Shown here piece after piece: positions 46,654-57,926 of a stretch of 64,000 bases of DNA. The stretch is from an uncultured candidate division Zixibacteria bacterium. Lineage in GTDB: Bacteria > Zixibacteria > MSB-5A5 > UBA10806. Each line of letters opens with the position of its first letter. The first letter of the stretch is position 1. Both the position numbers and the translations under genes were made by a program. The stretch is from NCBI GenBank assembly GCA_963817915.1, contig CAWFQL010000006.1:96001-160000 (forward strand). The letters run 5' to 3'. The notes beneath the pieces were generated by a model, which ran no database searches, was not told the DNA's origin, and saw nothing but the letters and a program-made list of their open reading frames with translations.

Positions 46654-46729
46654 GAATACCTTATAGCCAGCAATCATATTATATTTTTGTATCTGCTTGT
46701 CAAGATGATTCATCGCATCATCGCCCCCA

Positions 46730-46905
46730 GGCGGTTCCGCCCCGAGACCTTTGGTCTCGGGAAGAAACCCGAGACAAAATTACTTTATAAAAGCAGAAAT
46801 GCTTTTAAATCTCATTTAGCGATTTAGTCAAATATTGCTGTTTCGGGTTTCTTGTCCGGCAGCTGCCGGATTGTAAATCCGGCGACTGCCGGACGCGGAA
46901 CCGCC
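46730..46905. repeat. Nested palindromic element (REPIN/MITE-like)
   Basis: Terminal GGCGGTTCCGC/GCGGAACCGCC, inner AAGAAACCCGA/TCGGGTTTCTT, two inserted hairpins. Confidence 0.6.
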
Positions 46906-46991
46906 GGAATCTATTGCATTTTTGGTCAAATGCGATTATTATAGATAACGATAGCCTAATTTGACTTATCGATTGATGAGGGGAAGCACTG

Positions 46992-49571
46992 GTGGCACTC
47001 GATTCAGGCGACATTATTGATGGTTCGATAATTTCTCATTATCGAATAATCAAGAAACTCGGCTCCGGCGGCATGGGCGAAGTATTTCAGGCCCACGACA
47101 TCTTGCTGGACCGGATAGTTGCCCTGAAAATTCTCCCCTCGTGGCTAAATGATGATCAGTCACGAAGACAACTGCTTATCAATGAAGCCAGGGCCGCAGC
47201 CAAATTAAATCACCCTAATATAATCAGCATATATTCGGTGGAAGAGCATGAAAAACGATTGTTTATCGTTTTGGAATATCTTGATGGCAAGACTTTAAAG
47301 CAGGAAATCGATAGCAGAAAACTTGAGCCGAATGAAATCAATGATATCGCCATTCAAATAAGCAAAGGACTTAAATCTGCACATGAAAATGGCATTATTC
47401 ATGGTGATATAAAGTCATCCAATATTATTATTAATCGTGACGGCCTAGTAAAAATCACGGATTTTGGGCTTGCGAGAATCAAAGATAAGGGTGAACTCGC
47501 TCAAAAAGGCTCGACGACCGGCACGACCGCCTACATGGCTCCGGAAACTATTCAGGATGGTACTATCTCCCAGAGTACTGATATGTTTTCATTCGGGGTT
47601 GTGCTCTATGAAATAACCACTGGCCACTTGCCATTTGAGGGCGATTACGAAGCTTCCATAATATATTCTATCGTAAATGACGATCCTCGCCCCCTAAATT
47701 ATTACCGATCTGATACTCCCCATGAGCTTCGAGCAATTATCACAAAGCTGCTGCAGAAAAAACCTGAGGAACGATATCAAAACGATGCCTCATTAATTTT
47801 CGATATAGAAAAACTAACGTGTGAAAAATCAGACGCACCGCGCCTTTTCGAAAATAAAAAAGCTATTCTTGCGGCCCTAACAACATTCTTCATCTTTATT
47901 ATTCTCGGCTCAATATACTATTATAGGAATCGAGATAACTCGGAATCTGTAACGCCCCAAAAAATGATTGTAGTATTGCCATTCGAAAACCTTGGCAACT
48001 CCGATCAGGACTACTTCGCCGATGGTATTACCGATGAAATAACCACACAGCTGACAAAAATCCGGGAGCTGGGAGTTATTTCACGTACCAGCGCTATTCA
48101 GTATAAAGGCACAAAAAAGAATCTCAAGCAAATTGCATCCGAGCTCAATGTTCAATATGCTCTCGAAGGTACTATTTTGTGGGACAAATCGGGCGATACC
48201 GATAGGGTCAGAATTAATCCTCAATTAATTAGAGTAGTTGATGATACTCATCTCTGGGCCGATACTTATCAACGATCCATGGCCAATATTTTCATAATTC
48301 AATCGGAGATCGCCGAAAATGTCGTAGCCGAGCTTGATATCGAATTAATGGAGCACGAGAAACGATCATTGGAAAGCGCTCCCACACAAAATCTCAAGGC
48401 ATACGACTATTATCTCAAAGGAAACTATTATTTCGGCAGAAGCTGGCGTGAACAGGATTATCGCATTGCGATTAAGATGTACCAAATGGCTATTGAATTG
48501 GATCCGAATTTCGCGTTGGCCTATGCCATGCTTTCACGCGCGAATTCCGAGATGTATTGGGAATATTATGATCGTTCCGACGAGCGACTTAAGATGGCAA
48601 ATAATGCTGTTGAAAAAGCGATGCAGATCGATTCCAGTCTTCTCGATGCTCATTTGGCATTGGGAATGTACTATTACAGCAAAATGCAATTTGAACCTGC
48701 CATGGAACAATTTCTGATAGTTCACAAAATCCGTCCCGATGACAGCAATATACTTGGCTCATTGGCAGGAGGACAGAGACATCTCGGTAAATTCCAGGAA
48801 TCGGCCATCAGTTACGCCCTGGCATTCAAGTACGACCCCAGGTCTCAGCTTAGAGCCTTTGATGTCGGACTGACATATGGACTGATGAGAGACTATTCTA
48901 TGGCTGATAGCTTCATGAATATCGCTATCTCGCTCGCCCCCGATTGGCCGTTGCCATATATCTATAGGGCCTGGATTCAGGTATTCTGGCACGGCGATAA
49001 GACAATGGCTAATAGTATTTTGAATTCAGCCTCCAAAATCGCCGACTTGTCCCAGACAGAATACTACGAATTCTATTGGTGGCTCGCGCGCGTTCTGGAT
49101 AATGATCCCAGAAAAACATTATTAAGAATTTCCATGGGCTCCGATTCTATGACATATTATCTTTATAAGGCACAACTTTATAACGTAATGAACCTGCCAT
49201 CCACCGGAATCGCGTATTACGATTCAGCTAGAGTATTACTCGAAAATAGAATAGCCGTTTTGCCGGATGACGGCCGGTTTCATAGCCAACTCGCATTGGC
49301 CTATGCCGGCATGGGACGAAAAGTAGATGCCATCCGCGAAGGGGAATTGGCCACGCGCCTCGTTCCTGTTTCCAAAGATGCCTATGAATCGCAATTTCTG
49401 ATAGTCAATCTTGCGGAAATTTATCTCATGACAGGCGACCACGATGCCGCCATCGAACAGCTCAAAATTCTATTATCAATTCCTGGATATATTTCGGCTC
49501 CGTACCTAAAACTTGATCCAATCTGGTCGCCATTGGCGGAACATCCTGAATTTAGGAAATTAATCGAATAA
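46992..49571 (+). CDS. Hanks-type Ser/Thr kinase, TM, TolB-N-like domain and TPR repeats
   Basis: LGSGGMGEV, VALK, HGDIKSSN, DFG, YMAPE; VVLPFEN...YFADG.TDE. Confidence 0.92.
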   Translation: MALDSGDIIDGSIISHYRIIKKLGSGGMGEVFQAHDILLDRIVALKILPSWLNDDQSRRQLLINEARAAAKLNHPNIISIYSVEEHEKRLFIVLEYLDGKTLKQEIDSRKLEPNEINDIAIQISKGLKSAHENGIIHGDIKSSNIIINRDGLVKITDFGLARIKDKGELAQKGSTTGTTAYMAPETIQDGTISQSTDMFSFGVVLYEITTGHLPFEGDYEASIIYSIVNDDPRPLNYYRSDTPHELRAIITKLLQKKPEERYQNDASLIFDIEKLTCEKSDAPRLFENKKAILAALTTFFIFIILGSIYYYRNRDNSESVTPQKMIVVLPFENLGNSDQDYFADGITDEITTQLTKIRELGVISRTSAIQYKGTKKNLKQIASELNVQYALEGTILWDKSGDTDRVRINPQLIRVVDDTHLWADTYQRSMANIFIIQSEIAENVVAELDIELMEHEKRSLESAPTQNLKAYDYYLKGNYYFGRSWREQDYRIAIKMYQMAIELDPNFALAYAMLSRANSEMYWEYYDRSDERLKMANNAVEKAMQIDSSLLDAHLALGMYYYSKMQFEPAMEQFLIVHKIRPDDSNILGSLAGGQRHLGKFQESAISYALAFKYDPRSQLRAFDVGLTYGLMRDYSMADSFMNIAISLAPDWPLPYIYRAWIQVFWHGDKTMANSILNSASKIADLSQTEYYEFYWWLARVLDNDPRKTLLRISMGSDSMTYYLYKAQLYNVMNLPSTGIAYYDSARVLLENRIAVLPDDGRFHSQLALAYAGMGRKVDAIREGELATRLVPVSKDAYESQFLIVNLAEIYLMTGDHDAAIEQLKILLSIPGYISAPYLKLDPIWSPLAEHPEFRKLIE

Positions 49572-49601
49572 CTATATTTTAATTTTCCGGGAATGTATAC
49601 T

Positions 49602-51182
49602 CTATTCGTCGCCAGGCGCTATCTTATATCTAACTATCTTATTTTTTAAACCTTTTCTTGTCAGACCCAATATCTTCGATACCTGCAAAATATTTCCATT
49701 ATTTTCCTCGAGGGCAGCCTTTATAATGTCACGCTCTAAATTCTCAACCATTTCCTTTAATGGCCCTCGATTGTTTTTTACATGATTGACTTGATTCGTC
49801 GATACTATTATCTCCGGGCCGAGGTTATTGGCCTCAATAATTCCCGCTAAATTACATACGACAGCCGCTCTCTCTATAATATTCTCCAATTGCCTGATAT
49901 TGCCCGGCCAGTCATATTTCATTAATATATCCATCGCGCCGGAGGATATCGATAAATTATCATTCGCCAATTTTATCCTAAGCTTTCTTAAAAAATGATT
50001 TACCAATAATGGAATATCTTCTTTTCTCTGGCTCAAAGGAGGAAGATCCACTGTAAATGTATTTAGCCTGTAAAATAAATCTTCTCTGAAATTCGCCATT
50101 TTCATTTCATCGGCCAGATTTTTATTAGTAGCTGACAAAACTCGGACATCGACATATTCCGCTTTGTTGGCGCCAATCGGCCGAATTTCCCCATTCTGGA
50201 TTACGCGCAAGATAGCCGCCTGGGTAGACATGGGCGCGTCGCCGATTTCATCTAAAAAGATAGTGCCACCGTCGGCTTCCTTGAATAAACCGATTTTATC
50301 CTTGATCGCCCCGGTAAATGATCCCTTCAAATGCCCGAACAATTCAGATTCCAGTAATGCTTCAGTCTTCACTCCGCAATTCTTGATTACGAACGGCTTA
50401 TCCTTACGATTGCTATTGTAATGAATGGCGCGTGCGATCAGTTCCTTCCCTGTGCCGGTGTCACCCGCTATAAGAACCGGCGAATCGTTGGTGCTTAATC
50501 TCGAAACTAACGCCAAAACATTTTTGATTGCCTGTGATTTTCCTATGATATTTTCAAAACTGAATGTCGATCCGACCTCGCCCTTAAGTCTGATATTTTC
50601 TTCGCTTAATTTAGACTGGGTTAGTTCCAAAAGCTCATTTTTCTGCGCCAATTCCTCCAGGAGTTTGGCATTGCTTAATATTTGTCCGGATTGACTGGCC
50701 AGGATACCCACCAGCCGGCAATCTTCATCTGTGAATGGTCCCCTATTTGACGACCTTACGAGACAGGTCAGTCCAATAATTTCATTTCTGACCACCATCG
50801 GACAACAAATGACAGATTTTAACTTCCCGCCATTTGATGTTAGGCCGCTAAATCTTTCGTCCGCGTCAAGATCGTCTATTCTCAACGCTCTCCTATTCTT
50901 CAATACCCAACCTGATATAAAGCTGCTTACTTTGAAAGGCAGCCCGCCTCCGGCAATTTCCTCATTGCGGACAACAGTCAAAAGCTCGCCCCCCCTGGTC
51001 TGCTCGACAAGATTGATTATCCCCTTATCAGCGTTGGTGGCGCGTATAAGATCGGCTATAATTAATTCCATTATATGATTGGTTTCGCGCACCTGGCATA
51101 TCTTATTGAGAAGATTATTGATAATCTTCAATTCATTCAATGCAGATTCAGAATGATTATTTGATTGGTCGCTGTCTGCCAT
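49602..51182 (-). CDS. Sigma54-dependent enhancer-binding protein (GAF, AAA+, Fis HTH)
   Basis: GDTGTGKE, ESELFGH.KGSFTGA, FLDEIG, WPGNIRQL. Confidence 0.92.
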   Translation of the reverse strand: MADSDQSNNHSESALNELKIINNLLNKICQVRETNHIMELIIADLIRATNADKGIINLVEQTRGGELLTVVRNEEIAGGGLPFKVSSFISGWVLKNRRALRIDDLDADERFSGLTSNGGKLKSVICCPMVVRNEIIGLTCLVRSSNRGPFTDEDCRLVGILASQSGQILSNAKLLEELAQKNELLELTQSKLSEENIRLKGEVGSTFSFENIIGKSQAIKNVLALVSRLSTNDSPVLIAGDTGTGKELIARAIHYNSNRKDKPFVIKNCGVKTEALLESELFGHLKGSFTGAIKDKIGLFKEADGGTIFLDEIGDAPMSTQAAILRVIQNGEIRPIGANKAEYVDVRVLSATNKNLADEMKMANFREDLFYRLNTFTVDLPPLSQRKEDIPLLVNHFLRKLRIKLANDNLSISSGAMDILMKYDWPGNIRQLENIIERAAVVCNLAGIIEANNLGPEIIVSTNQVNHVKNNRGPLKEMVENLERDIIKAALEENNGNILQVSKILGLTRKGLKNKIVRYKIAPGDE

Positions 51183-51615
51183 AGTCTCCCCTAAATCCCC
51201 AATTTATACCGTTTAATAATAACATAGACTATTTAATAGTCAATATAATATGCAAACTCCTGGACTTCACGATAAATGCTTTCATTCACTCAGCCTCTCA
51301 AAATTACCTTTTCTCGTTATCCCGAATTTGATATCCTCATTTTTATTATATTTATTTGATGCCTAATGCTTAATATGGATAGGATTTCTCCGATATATGC
51401 ATAGAGTGGTAAATCTTATTTTGATTCCGTTAATGGAATTATTCTTTAAAGATCGAATGCGGGGCTAATACGCTGTCGAAAAAACTCACGAAAAAAGAAA
51501 AGCTTGTTGAAATTGGCAAGCCTCAAAGAAACGCACGCGGACCAAAACCGTTACGGCTGGCCGCAAGAAAACTATCCTTAAGCCAAATATTCTCCAAAAT
51601 TACTATAATGGGCTA

Positions 51616-53334
51616 ATGGAAAATTCGCCCAATGCTATAGCAATTTTCACAGTTAAGGCGGTAGATAACGGTAAACGATATAAATATAAAATTCTGGCAA
51701 AAAATCTACATTTTGAAAAAATGATTGGCTTCACGGAAATCAAATCGAGTAAAAAATCGCCAGCAAGCAGAAAACATTATAAAATAGAACTGCCATTTTT
51801 TGACAAATTAAAGAAAGTAGCCTCAACTGGCAAACCGATTATATTCGAATCTATTTATCCGGAAAATAATAAGACTTACGAAATTAAGGCATTTTCATTG
51901 AATAAAGGCCATGTGGCCGCGGTTTATACTGATATTACCGAAAGATGGCATGCCGAAAGGGCATTGAAAAATTCCGAAATTCTTTATAAGATTACAATAG
52001 ATTCTATCAATGATCTTGTCCATATAGTCGATTCAAATCTACGGTTTACTTTCGTAAATAAGACATTCGAAAAATGGTGCGATAAATTCCAGCCTGCCAC
52101 CAGGATTGAAGGCAAGACTATTTTCGACGCCTTCCCCTTCCTTGCTGAAACCGTCCGCGATGAATACAAGAAAGTATTCGAAACCGGAAAGGCTCTGCAT
52201 ACTGAAGATAAAAGCATCTTTGATGGCTCTGAAATCATTACTGAAACCGACAAAATACCAATATTTGACGGCGATACTGTTACAAATGTGCTGACGATAG
52301 TAAAGGATATCTCTAGTAGAAAGCTCACCGAGCAGGCCCTCAATGATTCCGAAGCTCGCTTCAAAGAGTTGTTTAATTCAGTCATCGAAGGGATAGGCCT
52401 GGTAGATGAAAATGAGGTGATCCAAATCTGCAATCCGGCATTTGTTTCCATACTGGAGGAAAAGAATAGTTTCGATATTATAGGCAAGACAATTCTCGAT
52501 TATGTACCTGATGAACAAAAGGAAATTCTTTTTTCACAGACTAAATTGCGCATGGAAAATAAAACATCCCAATATGAATTAAATATTCTTACCGCCAAAA
52601 AAAATATCAAGAATGTTCTAATTTCAGCGTCTCCAAGGTTTGATAAAAACGGAAAATACATGGGCGCCCTGGGCACAATAATTGATATTACGTCGCGTAA
52701 ACAGGCTGAGACAGCTTTGCAGAAGAATGAAAAATTCCTTCAGAATATATTCGATAGCATTCAGGACGGCATAAGCGTACTCGGCCCCGATCTCGAAATT
52801 ATCCATTCAAATAAAACCATGGAAACCTGGTTCCCGCATCAATTGCCGTTGAAAGGCAAAAAATGCTTTGAGGCATACCACGGAATAGACCAGCCCTGTG
52901 CGATATGTCCCACGATTCGGGCGATTCAGTATGGTACATTACAATCAGGTACGATCCCCGTCATTGGACCTGATCGCTCCAGGATATGGCTTGAGGTTTA
53001 TGCTCACCCGCTCTTGGATAATAATGGCGCCTTGACCGGCGTAATTGAATTTGTTAGAGATATAAGCAAAAAGAAACAGACCGAGGATGAAAGAGAAAAG
53101 CTGATATTTGAATTGCAGGAGGCCCTGACCAATATCAAGACCCTGAGCGGCTTATTGCCCATGTGCGCCTCATGCAAAAAGATACGCGATGACCAGGGGT
53201 ATTGGAATCAGGTCGAGACTTACTTCAGCGATCATTCGGATCTTACTTTTTCACATAGCTTTTGTCCCGAATGCGCCCGAAAGCTATACCCCGACATCTA
53301 TGACGATATCGTCAAAAGCAATAGCTCCAAATAA
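51616..53334 (+). CDS. Multi-PAS protein with C-terminal Cys/His motif, no kinase domain
   Basis: Four PAS/PAC units ending DIT/DIS; LLPMCASCKKIRD...W...SHSFCPEC; start may lie further upstream. Confidence 0.85.
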   Translation: MENSPNAIAIFTVKAVDNGKRYKYKILAKNLHFEKMIGFTEIKSSKKSPASRKHYKIELPFFDKLKKVASTGKPIIFESIYPENNKTYEIKAFSLNKGHVAAVYTDITERWHAERALKNSEILYKITIDSINDLVHIVDSNLRFTFVNKTFEKWCDKFQPATRIEGKTIFDAFPFLAETVRDEYKKVFETGKALHTEDKSIFDGSEIITETDKIPIFDGDTVTNVLTIVKDISSRKLTEQALNDSEARFKELFNSVIEGIGLVDENEVIQICNPAFVSILEEKNSFDIIGKTILDYVPDEQKEILFSQTKLRMENKTSQYELNILTAKKNIKNVLISASPRFDKNGKYMGALGTIIDITSRKQAETALQKNEKFLQNIFDSIQDGISVLGPDLEIIHSNKTMETWFPHQLPLKGKKCFEAYHGIDQPCAICPTIRAIQYGTLQSGTIPVIGPDRSRIWLEVYAHPLLDNNGALTGVIEFVRDISKKKQTEDEREKLIFELQEALTNIKTLSGLLPMCASCKKIRDDQGYWNQVETYFSDHSDLTFSHSFCPECARKLYPDIYDDIVKSNSSK

Positions 53335-53351
53335 ATTCTTGTCAGTAGCCG

Positions 53352-53945
53352 CTACATATAAAAATTTATTAAAATCGCGATAAAAGTCTTATACTCTCCG
53401 ATTTTAGTCTGATAACCAAGGGCTTTGGAAGTTGCCCGCGAGTACATCAATCCCGCCTCGCAGCCCAGGCCGAATACCGGAGCCAGGTGATAATCTGCCC
53501 CGACTGATATCCAGCCTCCGGAATCATTGGAAATATCTTTATAGTAACTAACCCGCGCTGGCGAAAGCAATGTAGAATCAGCCTCGACCTTTGAGAAGCT
53601 CCGATAATAGGATAGACCAACAAATGGCAGTATCTTCATGGCGTTAGATTTATCCACCGGTAGGAAAAGATACCGATAGCCGATATTGACAGTCAGCCTG
53701 CGCGAATAAAACGATGATGCGCTTTGAAATTTCCTGCTATCGTAATCGGCCCCGATTAAAAACATGTTATTCTTTTCGACCGTCCCCAGGTAAAATCCAA
53801 ACCTTCCCTTGGTATCAGGACTATCAACAAGATTAAGTATGGGTTCGCTCGTATTCGAATATCGAATCCCAAAGACCAACGCCGACGCGTTCCCTGCAAT
53901 TAGAAGAACACAGAGAATCGATAATATCAAAACTTTGCGATTCAA
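53352..53945 (-). CDS. Outer-membrane beta-barrel hypothetical protein
   Basis: Signal peptide after TTG 53945; amphipathic strands; aromatic C-terminus. Confidence 0.6.
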   Translation of the reverse strand: MNRKVLILSILCVLLIAGNASALVFGIRYSNTSEPILNLVDSPDTKGRFGFYLGTVEKNNMFLIGADYDSRKFQSASSFYSRRLTVNIGYRYLFLPVDKSNAMKILPFVGLSYYRSFSKVEADSTLLSPARVSYYKDISNDSGGWISVGADYHLAPVFGLGCEAGLMYSRATSKALGYQTKIGEYKTFIAILINFYM

Positions 53946-53946
53946 A

Positions 53947-55296
53947 TTAAAAATCAGTCTTTCCCGAGAAATTAAATTTCTCGATATACACCGCCGGTGC
54001 CGACGTGCATCCAATATCGCTCCACCAGCTCGGAACAAGCTCGGTTTCCTTTGAAATAGATTTGACATTCGAGAAGGCCGCTACGACCGATTCGGTAAAC
54101 CTCAGATTTTTTACCCCGCCGACCAATTTGCCATTCTCTATAAGGAACGTTCCGTCTCTCGTCATACCCGTGAGTAGCGCGCGAGGAGTATCCAGGAAGC
54201 CGTTGATGTAATGGAATCTCGTCACCAGGATTCCGCGTTTCATAGATTTTACCATATCCTCAAATCTCGATTTGCCCGGCGCCATATACAAATTCAATGG
54301 GAATGGTCCCTGCGAGCCTCCCGGTGGAAGTCCATGGCCGGTCGATTTTGTCTTATTCTTGACTGCGGAAGCCAGATCATAAACAGGACCTCCGGCAATT
54401 CCCTTTTTGACAAAATATACTTTTTTCTTGGGAGTGCCCTCGAAGTCGAATGGGAACGAAATCCCTTTGGCTTCTAGCCCATCGTCATAAAGGCTAACCA
54501 TCGGAGACATGATCTTCTTGCCTTTTTTCCCGCTTAAGAAGCTCGATTTTTCATGGTAAGCTATGGCGCCAAACGCGATAAACAGAAGCCATTCCAGTAA
54601 ATTCGCGGTGGCTACAGGCTCTAAAATTACGTCATATTTTCCGGGCTCTAATTCTACGGGTTTTTCGGATAATATGCATTTGTCTATGGCAATATCGGTG
54701 AGGCAATCGAAATCAATCTTATCGAATCGCCGCGATACGCCCTGGGCATATCCCGATGAATTATCAGAAGACATGATTATATTAATCGATGATGAGCTCA
54801 GTGGCTGATAAAGCTTCACACCGTTCGAATTCACTATTGCAATTTCCGATCCTGATGTAGACAACGCTCCCGACGCAATGAATCCCTGTTTGATGGCGCG
54901 ATTGCATATTTTCTTCACTGCCGCGGCCCGTTTCGCGGGAGATATTTTTGACGTGGGCTCATGAAATGTATTTATGCGAGCGATCTTGGAAGGTTTTGCC
55001 AAGCCCTTGAAATAAGGATTGGGCTTCGCCCATTGGGCGATTTCCATCGCGTCGTCAAGGCATCGGCGAAGCGAGTCCTTTTCCAAAACATTAGTGGAGG
55101 CCACACCGATCTTCTGGCCCAGAGCGACCTGAAAAATTACCCGGCTGTCGATTTCGGCCACGTTCTGGTGAATAAATGAATTGGCGTATCGTGTAAGTCC
55201 GTTGTCCGTGCCAATATACAATGCTTGTGTATGATCGGCTTTCGAATGAGATATCGAATCATTTAGAAGACGAATAATTTTATCTTTGCCTATCAT
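53947..55296 (-). CDS. tldE: TldE/PmbA family protein
   Basis: TRYANS.IHQN, PGKYDVILEP, FDFEG, TGMTRDG; no HExxH. Confidence 0.85.
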   Translation of the reverse strand: MIGKDKIIRLLNDSISHSKADHTQALYIGTDNGLTRYANSFIHQNVAEIDSRVIFQVALGQKIGVASTNVLEKDSLRRCLDDAMEIAQWAKPNPYFKGLAKPSKIARINTFHEPTSKISPAKRAAAVKKICNRAIKQGFIASGALSTSGSEIAIVNSNGVKLYQPLSSSSINIIMSSDNSSGYAQGVSRRFDKIDFDCLTDIAIDKCILSEKPVELEPGKYDVILEPVATANLLEWLLFIAFGAIAYHEKSSFLSGKKGKKIMSPMVSLYDDGLEAKGISFPFDFEGTPKKKVYFVKKGIAGGPVYDLASAVKNKTKSTGHGLPPGGSQGPFPLNLYMAPGKSRFEDMVKSMKRGILVTRFHYINGFLDTPRALLTGMTRDGTFLIENGKLVGGVKNLRFTESVVAAFSNVKSISKETELVPSWWSDIGCTSAPAVYIEKFNFSGKTDF

Positions 55297-56735
55297 TTGT
55301 TTACCCCCACCTGTACTTTTCTAAATCTGGCCGGAGCGGCGCCATGCGCCACATGGGCGGTCTGCATCGGCTCGCCCTTGCCGCATGAAGGTATACCCCA
55401 GACCCGCCAGTGATTTTTATTGCAGATGGCATCGCATGAATTCCAGAATTCCGGCGTGATACCGGTATAAAGCGGATTCTTATACATGCCCGTAATTTTG
55501 CCGTTCTTGATCTGCCAGGCTATTTCAGTCCCAAATTGGAAATTGAGACGTTTATCATCTATCGACCAGCTTTTATTCGAACCGACCAGAATCCCATCCG
55601 CGGTATCCGCTATAAGGGCATCGTAATCCCATTCGCCAGGTTCGAGATTAATACATGTCATCCTAATCAATGGTATCCGATTCCATCCATCGGCCCTCAT
55701 GGCGCCGTTAGGGGCTGCGCCGACCAGATCGGCAGTTTCTCGCGATGTCAGATACCCGACAAACAATCCTTCGCGAATCAGATGGGTTCTCGATGCCTTT
55801 ACTCCTTCATCGTCATAGCCGAAACTGCCTAACCCATTTGGTATAGTGGCGTCCTGGACGATATTGACTATCGGCGAGCCGTACCGGAGTTTATTCAGCT
55901 TATCGATTGTCATAAATGATCCGCCTGCCAGTGATATCTCAGTCCCCAGCACTCTATCCAATTCAGTCGGATGTCCGCATGATTCATGCACCTGCAACGC
56001 CAATTGATCCCCAGCAATGATTAAGTCTGTAGTCATTGCGGGGCAAGGTGGAGCCTTGAGCAGGGCCATTGCTTCATCGGCGATACGCTCGGCGTTATCG
56101 ATAAAATTCATTCCCCGAATAAATTCGTATCCAGCGCACTGATAATCGCCGCCATGCGAAGCCGGATAGCTTCGTTTCTGAACTTCACCGCCATCGACTG
56201 CGGTGGCCTCGAAACCTCCGCCGGTCTCGGTAATACTCTGCTCTATCAAAGCACCTTCGGTTGAGCAAAAAATCTTATTGGTCTTATAAAAATTCAGATT
56301 GCCTTCCGAAGTCTTGACTTTCGATGGTTTCATGAGGATTTTATTCACCGCCAAAAGCATTTCGATTTTTTCATCCAGCGGCACCGCAAATGGATCCTCG
56401 ACGCAGGGCGAAACATATTTATCAATATACGGCTGAATCGGCGCCAGTTTAACTGCCTCTTTTTTGGTAGCCGCCGAGGCTTTGGCGATCTGAATGGCTC
56501 TGTCCGCAATCTTTTTTAGCGCCTGCGGGGTTATAATTGATCCCGAAGCGAACCCCCAGCAGCCATTATGAAGAACCCTGACCCCAACCCCTCGATCCTG
56601 ATTTCTCGACAACGCTTCGAGCCGATCCTCTTTGACAGTCATCGACTCTGTCCGTTCATCGACAAAGCGGATATCCGCGTAATCGATCTTCTTCTTTTTG
56701 ATATAGTCGATTAGTTCATTTAGTTTATTTTTCAA
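55293..56735 (-). CDS. tldD: TldD metalloprotease
   Basis: HESCGHPTELDR, GYDDEG, CGKGEP. Confidence 0.9.
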   Translation of the reverse strand: MKNKLNELIDYIKKKKIDYADIRFVDERTESMTVKEDRLEALSRNQDRGVGVRVLHNGCWGFASGSIITPQALKKIADRAIQIAKASAATKKEAVKLAPIQPYIDKYVSPCVEDPFAVPLDEKIEMLLAVNKILMKPSKVKTSEGNLNFYKTNKIFCSTEGALIEQSITETGGGFEATAVDGGEVQKRSYPASHGGDYQCAGYEFIRGMNFIDNAERIADEAMALLKAPPCPAMTTDLIIAGDQLALQVHESCGHPTELDRVLGTEISLAGGSFMTIDKLNKLRYGSPIVNIVQDATIPNGLGSFGYDDEGVKASRTHLIREGLFVGYLTSRETADLVGAAPNGAMRADGWNRIPLIRMTCINLEPGEWDYDALIADTADGILVGSNKSWSIDDKRLNFQFGTEIAWQIKNGKITGMYKNPLYTGITPEFWNSCDAICNKNHWRVWGIPSCGKGEPMQTAHVAHGAAPARFRKVQVGVNK

Positions 56736-56892
56736 TTGCGGCTCCCTTCCCCGATTATTTTCGATTTATTCTATGTGAAAAACCGCGCTCCTGTCAAGCC
56801 CCCATTTGCTACGAAAGTATGCTGAATGATGTTACAGATTTTCTTTTTCAGATACAGAAGCGAATTTATGGCTCATATAATCGCTGGATATC

Positions 56893-57844
56893 TTAAATCG
56901 CCACGGCTTTGGTCGGCTTGAGAGTTTTAATTACATTTGATAGATTTAAAAAACCATTAATCCCTGAAAATGTTGCCTTGGCCGCCGCGTATAGATTGGA
57001 TATTTCCGCCGATTTTATCACATCCCCGCATTTCAGATAATGATAGACAAATGCTGCCGCGAACGTATCCCCGCACCCGGTAGGATCAACCTCTTTGGTT
57101 AATTTTACAGGTGGAATGAAGCTGGCAATTCTAGGCGACGATTGCGAAACAATAATTCCCTCATGCCCAAGTGTAATAATAACTTTTTTCGCTCCGGCTT
57201 TGTGCAAATCGCCGCAAGCAGCGCTGACCTGCGTATTATCCTTCAAATCATGCCCTGCAATCGATTCCAATTCCATTATATTCATCTGAATTAAATCCGA
57301 ACAAGCGATATACTCTCGCCATCGTGGATGCCGCCTGATAAACCTTGTTCCATCGGCTTTATATCCTAGAGCCAAGCTATGAAAATCGCAATAGATCAAT
57401 CCTTTAAATCTCCTGGAAAATTGCCTGAAATCCTTCAAGCTCAGATCGTTTCCGGAGATAAAATTGATGAGCACAGCATCGCATTTTGATGGTATCAATG
57501 TAGTGGAAATCGGGCTGACCTTCCGGGAATTCCATTCGGCACGGGTGCCATCACTCTGGTATGTCAGCAGATGATAAAGATTCGGCAGATAATGGTAGCT
57601 GACAGAAGAATCATCAAACAGCCTTGAGCGACCGAATACATCGTTAAACCACTTTTTGATATCGTTGCCGACTCTGCATACCGGGTATATCCTGCCGTCG
57701 CTTCATAATCGCTTCCAACGCGGCGATATTATACGCTGTCCCTCCCAAAGCATCAGTAGTGTTGCCGCTGAGAGCGACAATTCTATCACGCACGAGATGG
57801 CCGACAATCGCGATTCGAAGTCCTGATTGGTTCGATTTATTCAC
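56893..57844 (-). CDS. PfkB family carbohydrate kinase (frameshift near 57700)
   Basis: GG.AYN at the N-terminus, ITLG..G and DPTGCGDTF at the C-terminus. Confidence 0.85.
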
Positions 57845-57926
57845 AACTAATAATACTAATTTCAGGCAAAAAATGCATAAAAAAAAGGGCGCCATTAAGG
57901 CACCCTTTTATCTACCGAACTAATTA

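Noticed and set aside
53947..56735. RiPP cluster around tldD/tldE
   Set aside because: No precursor peptide, YcaO or RiPP-type radical SAM adjacent; looks like the housekeeping pair
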